A program made the translations under genes and the position numbers. Below are positions 27,924 through 37,956 of a stretch of 64,000 nucleotides of DNA, one piece after another (positions within the stretch are counted from its first letter, which is position 1; each line of letters starts with the position of its first letter). The notes beneath the pieces were generated by a model. The model was not told the DNA's origin. It made no database searches and saw nothing but the letters and a program-made list of their open reading frames with translations. The stretch covers positions 1,230 through 65,229 of the forward strand of contig JACPPH010000004.1 of the NCBI GenBank assembly GCA_016191105.1. The letters run 5' to 3'. Origin of the DNA: Candidatus Saccharimonadota bacterium. Lineage in GTDB: Bacteria > Patescibacteriota > Saccharimonadia > CAILAD01 > BJGX01.

Positions 27924-29096
27924 GTGAAGGTTGTAATTGTTGGCGGTGGCTTCGGCGGAGTGCGGGCGGCTCTCAATTTGGCTAGGCGGCCGGGGTTTGA
28001 TGTTACCCTTGTTTCCAAACAGAGCTACTTTGAGTATCACCCTGCTCTTTATCGTTCGGCTACCGGGCGCTCGCCACTCGAAGTTGCCATACCGTTGGCC
28101 GACTTCTTTGCCAGTGACAACAATCTTGAAGTGGTTGAGGACGAAATCGTGAGCCTAGATCACCAAAAAAAGTCTGTGACCGGCAAGTCCGGATCAGTCT
28201 TTCGGTATGACGCCCTGATTTTGGCTACGGGGGCGGTGACACAGTACTTTGGCATCAAGGGCTTGCGCGATTACTCTTACGGCATCAAAACGATCCAAGA
28301 AGCTTTGGAGCTAAAACGCCACCTGCACGAGGATTTGGTTGCTGGGCACCGCGCTGAGCGTAGCTACGTAGTCATTGGCGGCGGAGCCACCGGTGTTGAG
28401 CTGGCAGGTGAACTGGTTGGCTATCTTAATCATGTGCGCCGTCGCCATGGTATTAATACAAAATTTAGTGTCGATCTGGTTGAGGCCAGTCCGCGTGTGC
28501 TACCCAGTTTGCCAGAAAGCTTTACCAACCAGATCGAGCGACGATTGCAGCGCCTGAGAGTAAAGTTGCACCTGAAAACACTGGTAAAAAGTGAGTCCGC
28601 CGACCAGATAAAACTGCTCCGGGGCGATATTGAGTCGCATACGGTTATCTGGACAGCCGGCATAGCCAATAATCCATTTTTTGCCCAAAACCCCAACGCA
28701 TTCAAGCTTGATAAGAGCGGCAAGGTGGTGGTTAACGAATACCTGGAGGCTATGCCGGGGGTATATGTGATTGGTGATAGTGCCGCGACCCAGTTTAGTG
28801 GCATGGCTCAAACCGCCATTCACGACGCTAACCTTGTAACCACCAATCTCAAACGGCAACTGAAGCACAAAACACGGCTGCCTTACCAGCCGGCCAAGCC
28901 GATCTATGCTATCCCGGCTGGGCCAGGTTGGTCTGCGGTGCTTTGGGGTAGGACTAAAATCTATGGTCGCCCAGGCTGGCTGCTGCGTCGCTTGGCTGAC
29001 CTGCGGCTTTACCTAAGATTCTTACCACTTAAGAAAGCCCTGACTACCTGGAGGTACGGTTTTGATCTGGAGGAATCATGTCCGATATGTCGCTAA
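27924..29096 (+). CDS. Type II NADH dehydrogenase (NDH-2)-like FAD/NAD(P)-binding oxidoreductase
   Basis: GTG start after RBS aggagg. Rossmann motifs VVIVGGGFGG and VVIGGGATGVELAGEL. Confidence 0.7.
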   Translation: MKVVIVGGGFGGVRAALNLARRPGFDVTLVSKQSYFEYHPALYRSATGRSPLEVAIPLADFFASDNNLEVVEDEIVSLDHQKKSVTGKSGSVFRYDALILATGAVTQYFGIKGLRDYSYGIKTIQEALELKRHLHEDLVAGHRAERSYVVIGGGATGVELAGELVGYLNHVRRRHGINTKFSVDLVEASPRVLPSLPESFTNQIERRLQRLRVKLHLKTLVKSESADQIKLLRGDIESHTVIWTAGIANNPFFAQNPNAFKLDKSGKVVVNEYLEAMPGVYVIGDSAATQFSGMAQTAIHDANLVTTNLKRQLKHKTRLPYQPAKPIYAIPAGPGWSAVLWGRTKIYGRPGWLLRRLADLRLYLRFLPLKKALTTWRYGFDLEESCPICR

Positions 29097-29247
29097 CTCC
29101 AAAATATTTCTTGAGCCGGCCAGCTGATACTCGCTTGGCTTATGTCTTCGGGGTCTTCTTAAAAGAGTTGGATTTACTGGCCACGCCGCCGGTATTCGTG
29201 TTTTTCAGACTATGCTACTGGCCTGTTGAAAGAAGGGTGATGAACAG

Positions 29248-30138
29248 ATGTGTTTAGCTTGCCAGCAAATTGAGAAACTACTAGCACCGACCAGAATTCA
29301 AATTAACGGCAATCGGTCTCATGACATCCAGGTACATGATGAACGCTTGTATTACCGAGTGTTGCTCTACAGATCCCTGGGCTTTGGCGAGGCCTACACG
29401 GACGGCTGGTGGGATAGCGAACGCATTAACGATCTGATTTTTAGGCTTATAAAAAATCATGTTGGGCACCGCGCTTTATGGCCTACCCTGGCGTTGTACG
29501 TAAGTGTCAACTTAACAAACAAAGTCAGTTTTGGCGGCTATGTTGCCGAAAAACACGGTGCTCGTGTAACTGTTATGACTGTGTCGAAGGAGCAGGTAAC
29601 TCCCGACTGCCGCAAGCTCAAACATTTGCCTGTGACTTTTGTCCTCCAAGACTATCGGCAGGCTTCGGGTAGTTTTGACCATGTTGTTTCACTCGGTATG
29701 GTCGAACATGCTAGAACCAGTAATTACACTGCGCTCATGAAAGTTGTGGACAGGGTCATGAAACCGGCTAAGGTGCTTCTGCTGCATACTATTGGCTACA
29801 ACCTTAAAACCTCTGAAGTTGATCCGTGGATTGAACGCTACACTTTCCCTGGCGGCATAATTCCTGGAAGGCACAATTTGGCAACTGTCGTTGAGAAGAT
29901 GTCCGCCATCGAAGACCGGCATAATTTTGGTGTGGGCTACGATACGGCACTTCGAGCTTGGCATCATCGGTTAGAGTCAGCCTGGTCTAACCTTGAGAAA
30001 ACTTATGACGAACGGCTCTACCGTATGTGGCGATACTGCCTGTTGGCCGGCGCCGACGTCTTTCGGGCGCTAAATGTAAAGTTGTGGCAAGTGGTTTTAT
30101 GTCGCGGTAAGTCAGGAGGTTATGAAAGTGTCAGTTAA
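29248..30138 (+). CDS. Degenerate cyclopropane-fatty-acyl-phospholipid synthase paralog
   Basis: Aligns with the Cfa at 32922-34139 but lacks about 100 aa that include VLDIGCGWG, the SAM-binding glycine-rich motif. AT-rich like the backbone. Confidence 0.55.
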   Translation: MCLACQQIEKLLAPTRIQINGNRSHDIQVHDERLYYRVLLYRSLGFGEAYTDGWWDSERINDLIFRLIKNHVGHRALWPTLALYVSVNLTNKVSFGGYVAEKHGARVTVMTVSKEQVTPDCRKLKHLPVTFVLQDYRQASGSFDHVVSLGMVEHARTSNYTALMKVVDRVMKPAKVLLLHTIGYNLKTSEVDPWIERYTFPGGIIPGRHNLATVVEKMSAIEDRHNFGVGYDTALRAWHHRLESAWSNLEKTYDERLYRMWRYCLLAGADVFRALNVKLWQVVLCRGKSGGYESVS

Positions 30139-31813
30139 CGATTTCTTAGGCCGAAAAACCGCCAGTGATTTAAACCGCTTGCGTGTTATTGCTTCGACTC
30201 TTTTTGAAGAAGGTTTTGCGTTTTTGGTGAGTAAGTTGAATCTTTCCTGGGCGGTAACGCTAGAATGTCGGATTAGGTGTTTTGTCAAATTCTGCCGCGG
30301 GCATTGGGTGCGTCAGCCCAGCGCCGCCGAACTGCCCGTCCGGCTGCGACTGGCGCTCATTAAGCTAGGTCCAACTTTTGTAAAACTGGGTCAGGTTTTG
30401 AGTCTACGCCCAGATATTGTACCATCAGATGTTGCCACCGAGCTGTCTAAACTCACCAGCCAGGTACCGCCAGTACCATACGAAGAAGCTAAGGCTGTCA
30501 TTGAGGCGGAGCTAGGCCAGCCAATCAGCCAACTGTTCAAGGAATTTGAGCACCAATCATTGGCGGCCGGCTCACTGGCGCAGGTGCACAAGGCAGTGTT
30601 GCCTGACGGGACGCGTGTAGCGGTTAAAATTCAGCGCCCCGGTATCAAGAAGCTTATCCAAAAGGATATTAGAATTTTGACCAAGCTAGCTGGTCAGGCC
30701 GAAAAACGGCAGCCGGAGTGGCGAGCCTATCGTCTGTCTGGCCTGGTGGACGAATTCGCTGATACTATTGCTCGCGAACTGGATTTTACAACAGAGGCGA
30801 TCCATGCCAAACGTTTTGCGCTGATGTTCGAGGGTGATCCCACTGTTAAAGTAGCGGCAGTGTTCGCGGATTATTCTTCGTCGCGGGTGCTAACCATGGA
30901 ACTAATAGAGGGGGTACGGCTGGATAACGACAGGGCGCTGGCAAAAGCCGGCATTGATAAAACGGTTTTAGCTCAGAACGGCGTTAAGGCGTTGCTCAAG
31001 CAGGTATTTGTTGAAGGGTTTTTTCATGCCGATCCGCACCCCGGTAACTATTTTGCACTGCCGCACGGAGTTTTTGCCTTTATAGACTACGGTATGGCCG
31101 GCCGTCTGACACTCAAAGACCGGCTGGGGTTGGCTTCATTTTTTATAAGTTTTCTCGATCAGGATTCCGAGTCGGCCATCAGTCATTTACTGTGCTTGGC
31201 CGATACCAAAGAAGCTACCGATCTGCCGTCGCTAGAGCACGATATTGACGACATTTTGCACGAGTGGTATGGTATCAAGCTCAAAAAAGTAAACCTGGCG
31301 AATACCTTTTATCGCATTATCGAAAGTGGCCGCAGACACCAGGTTTATTTTCCGTCATCTTTTGCTTATCTTGGTAAGGCTCTGCTCACCACCGAAGCCA
31401 TGGGACGATCGCTTGATCCAGAGTTTGATATCGCCGTCCAGCTTAAGCCTTACGCCCAAAGTATCATCAAGGCAGAACTGAATCCGGCGAAACTGAAACG
31501 TCTAATTAGCAGTCAAAGCTTGTCGCTGGCCTACTTTGCCAGGTCTTTGCCGCAGCTGGTCGGCACATTGCTTGAGCGGCTGGCTAGCGGCGAGATAAGC
31601 GTGCGAGTCAACCAATCAGAACTGAAAAGCCTTCAAAAAAGTATTAGCGCCGAAGGTTCTAAGCGACTAGCTACAACGGTACTACTGGTCGTAATCATCG
31701 CGGCCGGCATAAGCTATCTAATACAGGCCAGTATTGTTAATCTGCACTTTTCGCCCGGGATTTTTGGTCTTGTACTTTTAGTAGTTATGCTTTGGTGGAT
31801 AAGGAGAAGCTAA
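30122..31813 (+). CDS. UbiB/ABC1-family atypical kinase
   Basis: AarF/ABC1 motifs (LGPTFVKLGQVLSLRPDIVP, AAGSLAQVHKA, VAVKIQRPGI) and C-terminal transmembrane helices. Confidence 0.8.
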   Translation: MKVSVNDFLGRKTASDLNRLRVIASTLFEEGFAFLVSKLNLSWAVTLECRIRCFVKFCRGHWVRQPSAAELPVRLRLALIKLGPTFVKLGQVLSLRPDIVPSDVATELSKLTSQVPPVPYEEAKAVIEAELGQPISQLFKEFEHQSLAAGSLAQVHKAVLPDGTRVAVKIQRPGIKKLIQKDIRILTKLAGQAEKRQPEWRAYRLSGLVDEFADTIARELDFTTEAIHAKRFALMFEGDPTVKVAAVFADYSSSRVLTMELIEGVRLDNDRALAKAGIDKTVLAQNGVKALLKQVFVEGFFHADPHPGNYFALPHGVFAFIDYGMAGRLTLKDRLGLASFFISFLDQDSESAISHLLCLADTKEATDLPSLEHDIDDILHEWYGIKLKKVNLANTFYRIIESGRRHQVYFPSSFAYLGKALLTTEAMGRSLDPEFDIAVQLKPYAQSIIKAELNPAKLKRLISSQSLSLAYFARSLPQLVGTLLERLASGEISVRVNQSELKSLQKSISAEGSKRLATTVLLVVIIAAGISYLIQASIVNLHFSPGIFGLVLLVVMLWWIRRS

Positions 31814-32028
31814 TACGAAAGCAGCTCGTGATAATGAACTATCGATGGAACAGCTACAGCCAAGCGTGTTGATTGTTGTCTTATGGCTTATGATCGCCCA
31901 TTTTACCGGGCACTATCTACGCCTTAGTAATACTGGGCTTCTTTGCAATTAGTGAACTACATGACTGGCATAATTCCTATCTATTATTCCGTTTACTGGT
32001 TCACACGATCAAATATTTAGAGCGGTTT

Positions 32029-32220
32029 TTATTTGGCCAAAATGTGACACTGTGCAAACACAGCCGGGCTGTGTGTTCCATCTTCATATGATTTTACAAA
32101 AAAAGCACAACCGGTCTGGTTGCGAACCATTTTAGCCACCAGACTATATGGGGCAGAAACAGAGTGAAAGCTGCCATACCCGAATGTCTTGCCACGGTGG
32201 AATATTGCTGTTGCTTGCAT
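32029..32220 (-). CDS. Small hypothetical ORF (63 aa)
   Basis: Isolated ORF in a 500-bp intergenic region. Weak evidence. Confidence 0.2.
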   Translation of the reverse strand: MQATAIFHRGKTFGYGSFHSVSAPYSLVAKMVRNQTGCAFFVKSYEDGTHSPAVFAQCHILAK

Positions 32221-32311
32221 GTACAGAAAAGTTTATGTACATTTCAGCAGATATAACATTTTTGCGTAAACAAACATTTGTTTAAACGCTTGATCAGGTT
32301 AAAATAAAGTT

Positions 32312-32839
32312 ATGACAATTTTGCTACAAATTATTAGTTTTACATTTATTGGCCCTCTATTTGTGGAGGTGGGTGGTTACTTTTGGCACCGTTTTGCCGA
32401 GCATCAAGGTTGGCTAGGAGAGTCGGTACGGGCTCGTCACATCGTGCATCATCAAGAAGATTATCCAGTTGAGGCTCTGAGGCCGGCAAAGCAGAAATAT
32501 CAGAGCGCTAACTCGTGGAGCTGGTATGTGTTGGCACTAATTTTGATGGCCTTGGCTTATGTGTTGTTTCCACCCAAATACAGCTTACTAATGATAGCTG
32601 GTGGTTTGCTGTACGCCACCTTTGTGGTTAGCAAGTTTCATAAGAGCTTTCATTTGCAACGCACCTGGCTCCAGCGCTTTGCTTGGTACAAAAAGTTAGT
32701 TAAACTGCACGATATTCACCACTATGCGCCCGTAAACTACGGCATTAATTTCTTTTTCATGGACAGATTGTTTGGAACCTACCAGGAAACCCAGCCACAA
32801 AAAGCCCTACCAACCTTTACCAAACCAAAACATGCTTAA
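32312..32839 (+). CDS. Fatty-acid hydroxylase superfamily (sterol-desaturase-like) membrane protein
   Basis: Three histidine boxes (HRFAEH, HHQEDY, HDIHH) in a transmembrane protein. Confidence 0.6.
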   Translation: MTILLQIISFTFIGPLFVEVGGYFWHRFAEHQGWLGESVRARHIVHHQEDYPVEALRPAKQKYQSANSWSWYVLALILMALAYVLFPPKYSLLMIAGGLLYATFVVSKFHKSFHLQRTWLQRFAWYKKLVKLHDIHHYAPVNYGINFFFMDRLFGTYQETQPQKALPTFTKPKHA

Positions 32840-32921
32840 GCTGTACAACAGATAGAAAAATGTTATACTATTGCCCAGGCAAAAGCCAAAAAACCCGAAC
32901 AAACCAAAAAGGAATGACAGG

Positions 32922-34139
32922 ATGACAACCGAACGCCAAATGAAGTTCCGCAAGCGTGCCGAAAAGCTGCTACGTGGCACCGGGGTCAAATTGATCTGGC
33001 CTGGTTCCCGCACCCCTGCTCAGCCCTGGGACATCGTGGTCCACAACGAAGACCTGTACGAACGGGTCTTCAGCGCTGGATCCCTTGGTCTGGGTGAGGC
33101 CTACATGGATGGCTGGTGGGATTGTGAGGATCTGTCCGAGATGTTCAGCCGGGTTTTGAGGGCGAACATCCAAGATCGGGTAAGCCGCAACTTGCCCTCG
33201 CTGTGGCTGATCGCCCGCTACCACTTGCTGAACCTGCAGGCCGGTCGCCGAGCCGCAGCCAACGCCAAGGCTCACTATGACATCGGCAACGACCTGTACG
33301 AGCCAATGCTGGGGCCAACCATGGCTTACAGCTGCGGCTACTGGTACCGCGAGGGCATGACGCTCGATGAGGCTCAGCGGGCCAAACTCGAGCTGATTTG
33401 CCAGAAACTCAAGTTGCCTCGAAAGGGCAGCGGCAAGCCCATGACCGTTCTCGATATTGGTTGTGGGTGGGGCAGCTTCTTGTTCTACGCCGTTGAGCAC
33501 TACAACGTCACCGTTGTAGGCATTACACCGGCCGAAGAACAAGTTGCCTACATCAACGCCCGGATCAAGAACGAAGGTGTGGGCAACGTGCGTGTGGTGC
33601 AAACCGATTCGCACAGCTTTGCTCGCAGCCGGCGACGTCAGCGCTTCGATCGGATTGTGAGCGTAGGCATGTTCGAGCATGTTGGGCCCAAGAACTACCG
33701 CCAGTTCTTCGAGGACTCCAACAAGCTCCTGGCCGACAACGGGCTCATGCTGTTGCACACCATCGGCAACGAAATCCCTACTCAGGCGGGCGATCCATGG
33801 ATCGACCGCTACATCTTCCCCGGGGGAGTCATTCCCAGCAACGGCCAGATCGCGGCGGCGCATGAGGGCATTCTCCACCTGGAGGACTTGCACAACTTCA
33901 GTGCCCACTACGACCCCACGCTCATGAGCTGGCATGACAACTACGAGAAGGCTCGTTCACAGCTCGACCACGACAAGTACAGCGAGCGAGAACACCGCAA
34001 GCAGGAGTACTACCTGCTGCAGTGTGCCGGCATGTTCCGGGCGCGGCGAAAGCAGCTGTTCCAGTATGTGTTCAGCAAGGACGGCATGCCCGGGGGCTAC
34101 AAGAGCGTTCGCGACGAGATTTTCGCTGACGCAGCCTGA
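32922..34139 (+). CDS. cfa: Cyclopropane-fatty-acyl-phospholipid synthase
   Basis: SAM motif VLDIGCGWG and C-terminal CFAS signature. About 60% GC. The ORF track begins at a TTG at 32871 in AT-rich leader sequence. I prefer the ATG at 32922. Confidence 0.8.
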   Translation: MTTERQMKFRKRAEKLLRGTGVKLIWPGSRTPAQPWDIVVHNEDLYERVFSAGSLGLGEAYMDGWWDCEDLSEMFSRVLRANIQDRVSRNLPSLWLIARYHLLNLQAGRRAAANAKAHYDIGNDLYEPMLGPTMAYSCGYWYREGMTLDEAQRAKLELICQKLKLPRKGSGKPMTVLDIGCGWGSFLFYAVEHYNVTVVGITPAEEQVAYINARIKNEGVGNVRVVQTDSHSFARSRRRQRFDRIVSVGMFEHVGPKNYRQFFEDSNKLLADNGLMLLHTIGNEIPTQAGDPWIDRYIFPGGVIPSNGQIAAAHEGILHLEDLHNFSAHYDPTLMSWHDNYEKARSQLDHDKYSEREHRKQEYYLLQCAGMFRARRKQLFQYVFSKDGMPGGYKSVRDEIFADAA

Positions 34140-34166
34140 GCCCCAAGCAGTTCGGTTTTAGGTTGA

Positions 34167-34193
34167 GGGGGGTGGGTCTGTGGACCCACCCCC
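34167..34193. terminator. GC-rich hairpin between convergent genes
   Basis: ggggggtgggtc-tgtg-gacccaccccc (11-bp stem). Confidence 0.4.
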
Positions 34194-34202
34194 TTGGCCG
34201 AG

Positions 34203-35495
34203 CTACTTAATTGTTACATCGGTTTCAAATGTAAGAGATGGTTTTTGATAAGCTTCTAGCTGCACAAAATTAGTTTGTGGATCCATAAGCTTAGCAAAAA
34301 AGTCACCAGTAATTACACAGTTTACCGCGCCTACAATGCTGCCATTTTCAAAATAAAGTGCCGATGGCACTGGCAGGGAGTAGGTGCCAATCACTTCGTT
34401 AAGTGTGTGAATCCCCATGGGTGTAAGTAATAAAATGAACTTAGGGTTCTTTTTGGTGTAATCTTCAAGACTCTGTGCAGCAATCTGTGCTCTCGAAAGC
34501 GACCCCAGGGCTCTAGGTGGCACGCCCAGTTGCTTGGCCGACTGCAAATTGCAGATTGGATCTGTTAAGCAGCCATTTTTTATCACATCGAACTTTTGGG
34601 CCACTACACCTTCGCTGGTGAAGTTAAAGCTCTCGGGTTTCATTGCTATGGTTTGGTCAACGCTCAAATTAAAGTCATCTTTGGCTATTTTTTTACGCTT
34701 CTTGAAGTCTTGGGCATCAAATCTTGTAACGCCAGCCTCGACTGATACCCCACGGATGTTGTTAAAAATATAACAGTCTAGTAGGCCAAAGCCACCATAA
34801 GGCTCAAATACTACCGGATAAGTGCCGGATTTTATCTCGGCCTTGGCTCCTCGCAAGGCGTTGGCATACTCTGCAATCGTCTGGAGCTTGCTGAGTTCGG
34901 TTTGATCCACCAATCCATTGGCGCGTTCGCTCGCTCCGATCTCAGTATTGTATTCCACCCCAAACTCATTAAGTGTTTCTGAAGATTTCATATCTAGACC
35001 TTGAGAGCCTGCAAATCTTTGCCGTGCATGCTTGAGTTCTACCTCCCCCTCAATGTTATCAAGGCCATAACTTAGCTGAGTCTGCATGAAGTTCTTGGCA
35101 AGCTCGGTAATTTTTTCTGGCTGGCTTTCAATAATGTCTATAACCTCTTGGTCTGCCAGCTTTGTTGGCTTAAATGCGGACTGTACGGGTGCCAACTGGG
35201 CCTCAGTGGCCAATTTAGTGGCCGAGTTTTTAATAAACACAGCTAACTGGTTGATATCTTTGAGCCGCTCCGGGCTAGCATTGCCTTGCGCCACTCGACC
35301 ATCCTGCAAAACTACCAAATACTGAATACCACTATTGTGATGTTCTTGAATTGGGCGGTAAATCATACCAAGCTGATCTTGTAAGAATCCAGCTTTGAGA
35401 GAGGTGTTTTGGTGAGCAAATAGCTGCCAATCCTTAACTTCAGCGTCACGATCGAGCTTGGTTAGTAGTTGGTCGAAGCTGTCTGCAAAACTCAT
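34203..35495 (-). CDS. TldD/PmbA-family metalloprotease (PmbA/TldE-like)
   Basis: Peptidase U62-like. Its stop overlaps the start of the tldD-like gene. Confidence 0.7.
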   Translation of the reverse strand: MSFADSFDQLLTKLDRDAEVKDWQLFAHQNTSLKAGFLQDQLGMIYRPIQEHHNSGIQYLVVLQDGRVAQGNASPERLKDINQLAVFIKNSATKLATEAQLAPVQSAFKPTKLADQEVIDIIESQPEKITELAKNFMQTQLSYGLDNIEGEVELKHARQRFAGSQGLDMKSSETLNEFGVEYNTEIGASERANGLVDQTELSKLQTIAEYANALRGAKAEIKSGTYPVVFEPYGGFGLLDCYIFNNIRGVSVEAGVTRFDAQDFKKRKKIAKDDFNLSVDQTIAMKPESFNFTSEGVVAQKFDVIKNGCLTDPICNLQSAKQLGVPPRALGSLSRAQIAAQSLEDYTKKNPKFILLLTPMGIHTLNEVIGTYSLPVPSALYFENGSIVGAVNCVITGDFFAKLMDPQTNFVQLEAYQKPSLTFETDVTIK

Positions 35496-37036
35496 TAGGC
35501 TATACTCACCTGATTAGTTGGTGCAAAAAACATTAATTGATTGCCGCCGGTGTTTACATGGGCAACTTGTTCAGATTTACCACAAAAACCAGCTACATTC
35601 TTTTGTACTTTGCCCAGTCCAAACTCTAGCGACTTAAGCGCCTCTACTACATTACCTGAGAACGAAACTGGCTTGTAAGCAGTCACCCCTTGCTCGCTCA
35701 GTTCATAAACAAACCCTGTGCCAAACATAAAGTCGCCAGTTGCGGTACTAACGGCGCCACCAGTCATTTGACGGAGCAAAACTACCTTGGGATGTTTAGC
35801 AAAGAAGCCATCATTCTTGAGCTCTACTTGCAGAGTCTCTGGATCGAGCAAGTCCTTTTGGTCGGGGTTGGCTAGCTCTTGTAGCTTAGTCATGTTCACA
35901 AAGGTATTGCTCATGCGTGGAATGGCCGGCGCATAATAGCCTTCGCTTCGTTCGCAGTTCTTATTGGTTACTCCAGTTTTACTGGCGGTAAACACATCGC
36001 TAATCGACTCACTCAAAACCCCATCTTTAATAATCGTAACTGGCTGGCGAGCATTGCCAAAGGCTCCGTAGGGGTGGAAGCCGTGGGCCAGCTCATCTTC
36101 GTGGTCCTCGATTGTTACGTCTTTAGCGGCAACCATAGTGCCAGCAATGAATTTTTTCTGTTCATTACCTAACGCACTACCGCCACTAGCCACGAGATCC
36201 GATTCGGCTGGGTGGCCCAAGGCTTCGTGAGCTACCATTCCGCCCAAATCAGCATCGACCAAAATTGGATAATGACCCGCTGCTATGCTCGGCGCACCGA
36301 GTTGACTGCGCATTTGTTCTACCAGTTCCCCAACATCTTTTTTGTGTTGTTCTATAGAGCCAAACATTAGCTCGGGTGAGTTGTCGATGAGGCGTATGCG
36401 TCCACTGGCGGTGCCGCTCTTACTCTTAATTGTGAGCGTTAGGTACATGCGACTTTTGGGCACGCACCAATCTACATCGGTGCCGTCGCTACGGACTACC
36501 CGCCAAGTATCGATATCGGCATGGAACTGCAGCAGTGTACTAGCCCCGGGGTCGATTGATTTAGCAAAACCTTCGAACTTACCAAGATTGGTAGCAATCA
36601 GTGCAGGGTCGAGCTGAGCGACATCGTAGGTTTGGTAGTGTAGTTTGTCTTGGCCAAGGTTTTCTTGGGGACCCAGTTCGTAAACTTGCTCGGCTGTGGC
36701 CAAACCGGCTGCCTCATTGGCATCGGCTATCTTGGCAAGATCGGCGGCCAAGGCTAATACACTTTCTCGACTAAGATCGTTGCTAGAGCCAAAAGCTACA
36801 TGGCCCGATTTGGTAAACACGTAAATGCCGGTGCCGACATCGCCATCAATGCTTAGTTTGTCGATAGCACCGTTTTTAAATACTACATTGTAAAAATCTT
36901 TGCGGTGCAAGCGCATAACGGCGTAGTGCCCGGTGCTTTTAGCCTGGGCCATGACCGCCTCAATAACTTCATCATACTCGCGCAATAATTTGCTCATAAG
37001 TTCATTATACAGCTGATCAACAGATATGAAAACCAA
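35495..37036 (-). CDS. tldD: TldD-like metalloprotease
   Basis: HExxxH-type motif MVAHEALGHPAE and a U62 domain. Confidence 0.75.
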   Translation of the reverse strand: MVFISVDQLYNELMSKLLREYDEVIEAVMAQAKSTGHYAVMRLHRKDFYNVVFKNGAIDKLSIDGDVGTGIYVFTKSGHVAFGSSNDLSRESVLALAADLAKIADANEAAGLATAEQVYELGPQENLGQDKLHYQTYDVAQLDPALIATNLGKFEGFAKSIDPGASTLLQFHADIDTWRVVRSDGTDVDWCVPKSRMYLTLTIKSKSGTASGRIRLIDNSPELMFGSIEQHKKDVGELVEQMRSQLGAPSIAAGHYPILVDADLGGMVAHEALGHPAESDLVASGGSALGNEQKKFIAGTMVAAKDVTIEDHEDELAHGFHPYGAFGNARQPVTIIKDGVLSESISDVFTASKTGVTNKNCERSEGYYAPAIPRMSNTFVNMTKLQELANPDQKDLLDPETLQVELKNDGFFAKHPKVVLLRQMTGGAVSTATGDFMFGTGFVYELSEQGVTAYKPVSFSGNVVEALKSLEFGLGKVQKNVAGFCGKSEQVAHVNTGGNQLMFFAPTNQVSIA

Positions 37037-37101
37037 TTTAAAACGACGTGGCCGGCGCAGGGAGCTCTTGCGAGCACCCCGCTCCGGCCGTCGTCATCGT
37101 G

Positions 37102-37392
37102 CTACTCAGGATCCAAGGCCCGAAGTACTGCTGCTTCTTCGGGTGAAACCGGGAAGTCCTGAAGAAACTGAGTAGCCTTACGGCGGAAAGGATGGCTGAA
37201 GAATAGATGGTACAGACCATTAGCTCCAGGGAGCCGCCAGACCCATCCGGGCCAGCGGTCCCCACAGAGCCAATGGTGGGTAGCCACATCCAGCCGTAAC
37301 AGCGCAATATGGACCGGAGGCGCCCACCAAGGGACATCTACGATCCAGACAACGTCCTTATCCTCCCGCCGAAGTAGATACCAAGTACGCAT
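37102..37392 (-). CDS. Small hypothetical protein (GC-rich)
   Basis: 96-aa ORF with an upstream ggaggg. GC-rich. Uncertain. Confidence 0.3.
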   Translation of the reverse strand: MRTWYLLRREDKDVVWIVDVPWWAPPVHIALLRLDVATHHWLCGDRWPGWVWRLPGANGLYHLFFSHPFRRKATQFLQDFPVSPEEAAVLRALDPE

Positions 37393-37531
37393 GGTGCCCT
37401 TTCAGGCCGCCCTCCCCGGTGGAGGGCTGTCGCCTTGCGCTCATGGCTTCTCCTTTCCGTAGGCGGAGCGATGACAGGCCGATTATAGGCCTGTTTTATC
37501 TGCAGCGCAAGCTTTTGCTATACTAAAAGCT

Positions 37532-37942
37532 ATGGAAGATCACGCAGTCTATGTGGTGGTGCGCGACGGCAAATGCTTGTTTGTGCAGCGCAGTAAGCAA
37601 AAAAAGGTTCTGCCGGGCGCCTGGGCCTTTGCTTCGGGCACTGTAGAGCCAGGCGAAAGCTTGTTCCAAACCGCTGAGCGCGAGGCCATGGAAGAGGTGG
37701 GTATGAAAGTTAAAGCCAAAAAGCTGCTAACCAAACGCGACCTGCCAGACGTTGGGGTTAGATTGAACTTTGTGATTTGCGAACCTTTAGGCAAACCAAC
37801 CAAGCTTGACCCAGCCGAGGCCGAGCAATTAGCCTGGATGAGCATGACTGATTTTTTTGATAAGTACACTGACGAACAAATTGGACACGGCCTGCGCTGG
37901 CTGCGCACACAGCCCAAAATCTGGAAAGCCGAAGGGTTGTAA
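37532..37942 (+). CDS. Nudix hydrolase
   Basis: Nudix box GTVEPGESLFQTAEREAMEEVG. Confidence 0.7.
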   Translation: MEDHAVYVVVRDGKCLFVQRSKQKKVLPGAWAFASGTVEPGESLFQTAEREAMEEVGMKVKAKKLLTKRDLPDVGVRLNFVICEPLGKPTKLDPAEAEQLAWMSMTDFFDKYTDEQIGHGLRWLRTQPKIWKAEGL

Positions 37943-37956
37943 CCTATAATCTACTT

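Noticed and set aside
32970-33935. 321-aa minus-strand ORF inside cfa
   Set aside because: Antisense shadow of the GC-rich cfa gene. The Cfa motifs lie on the plus strand.
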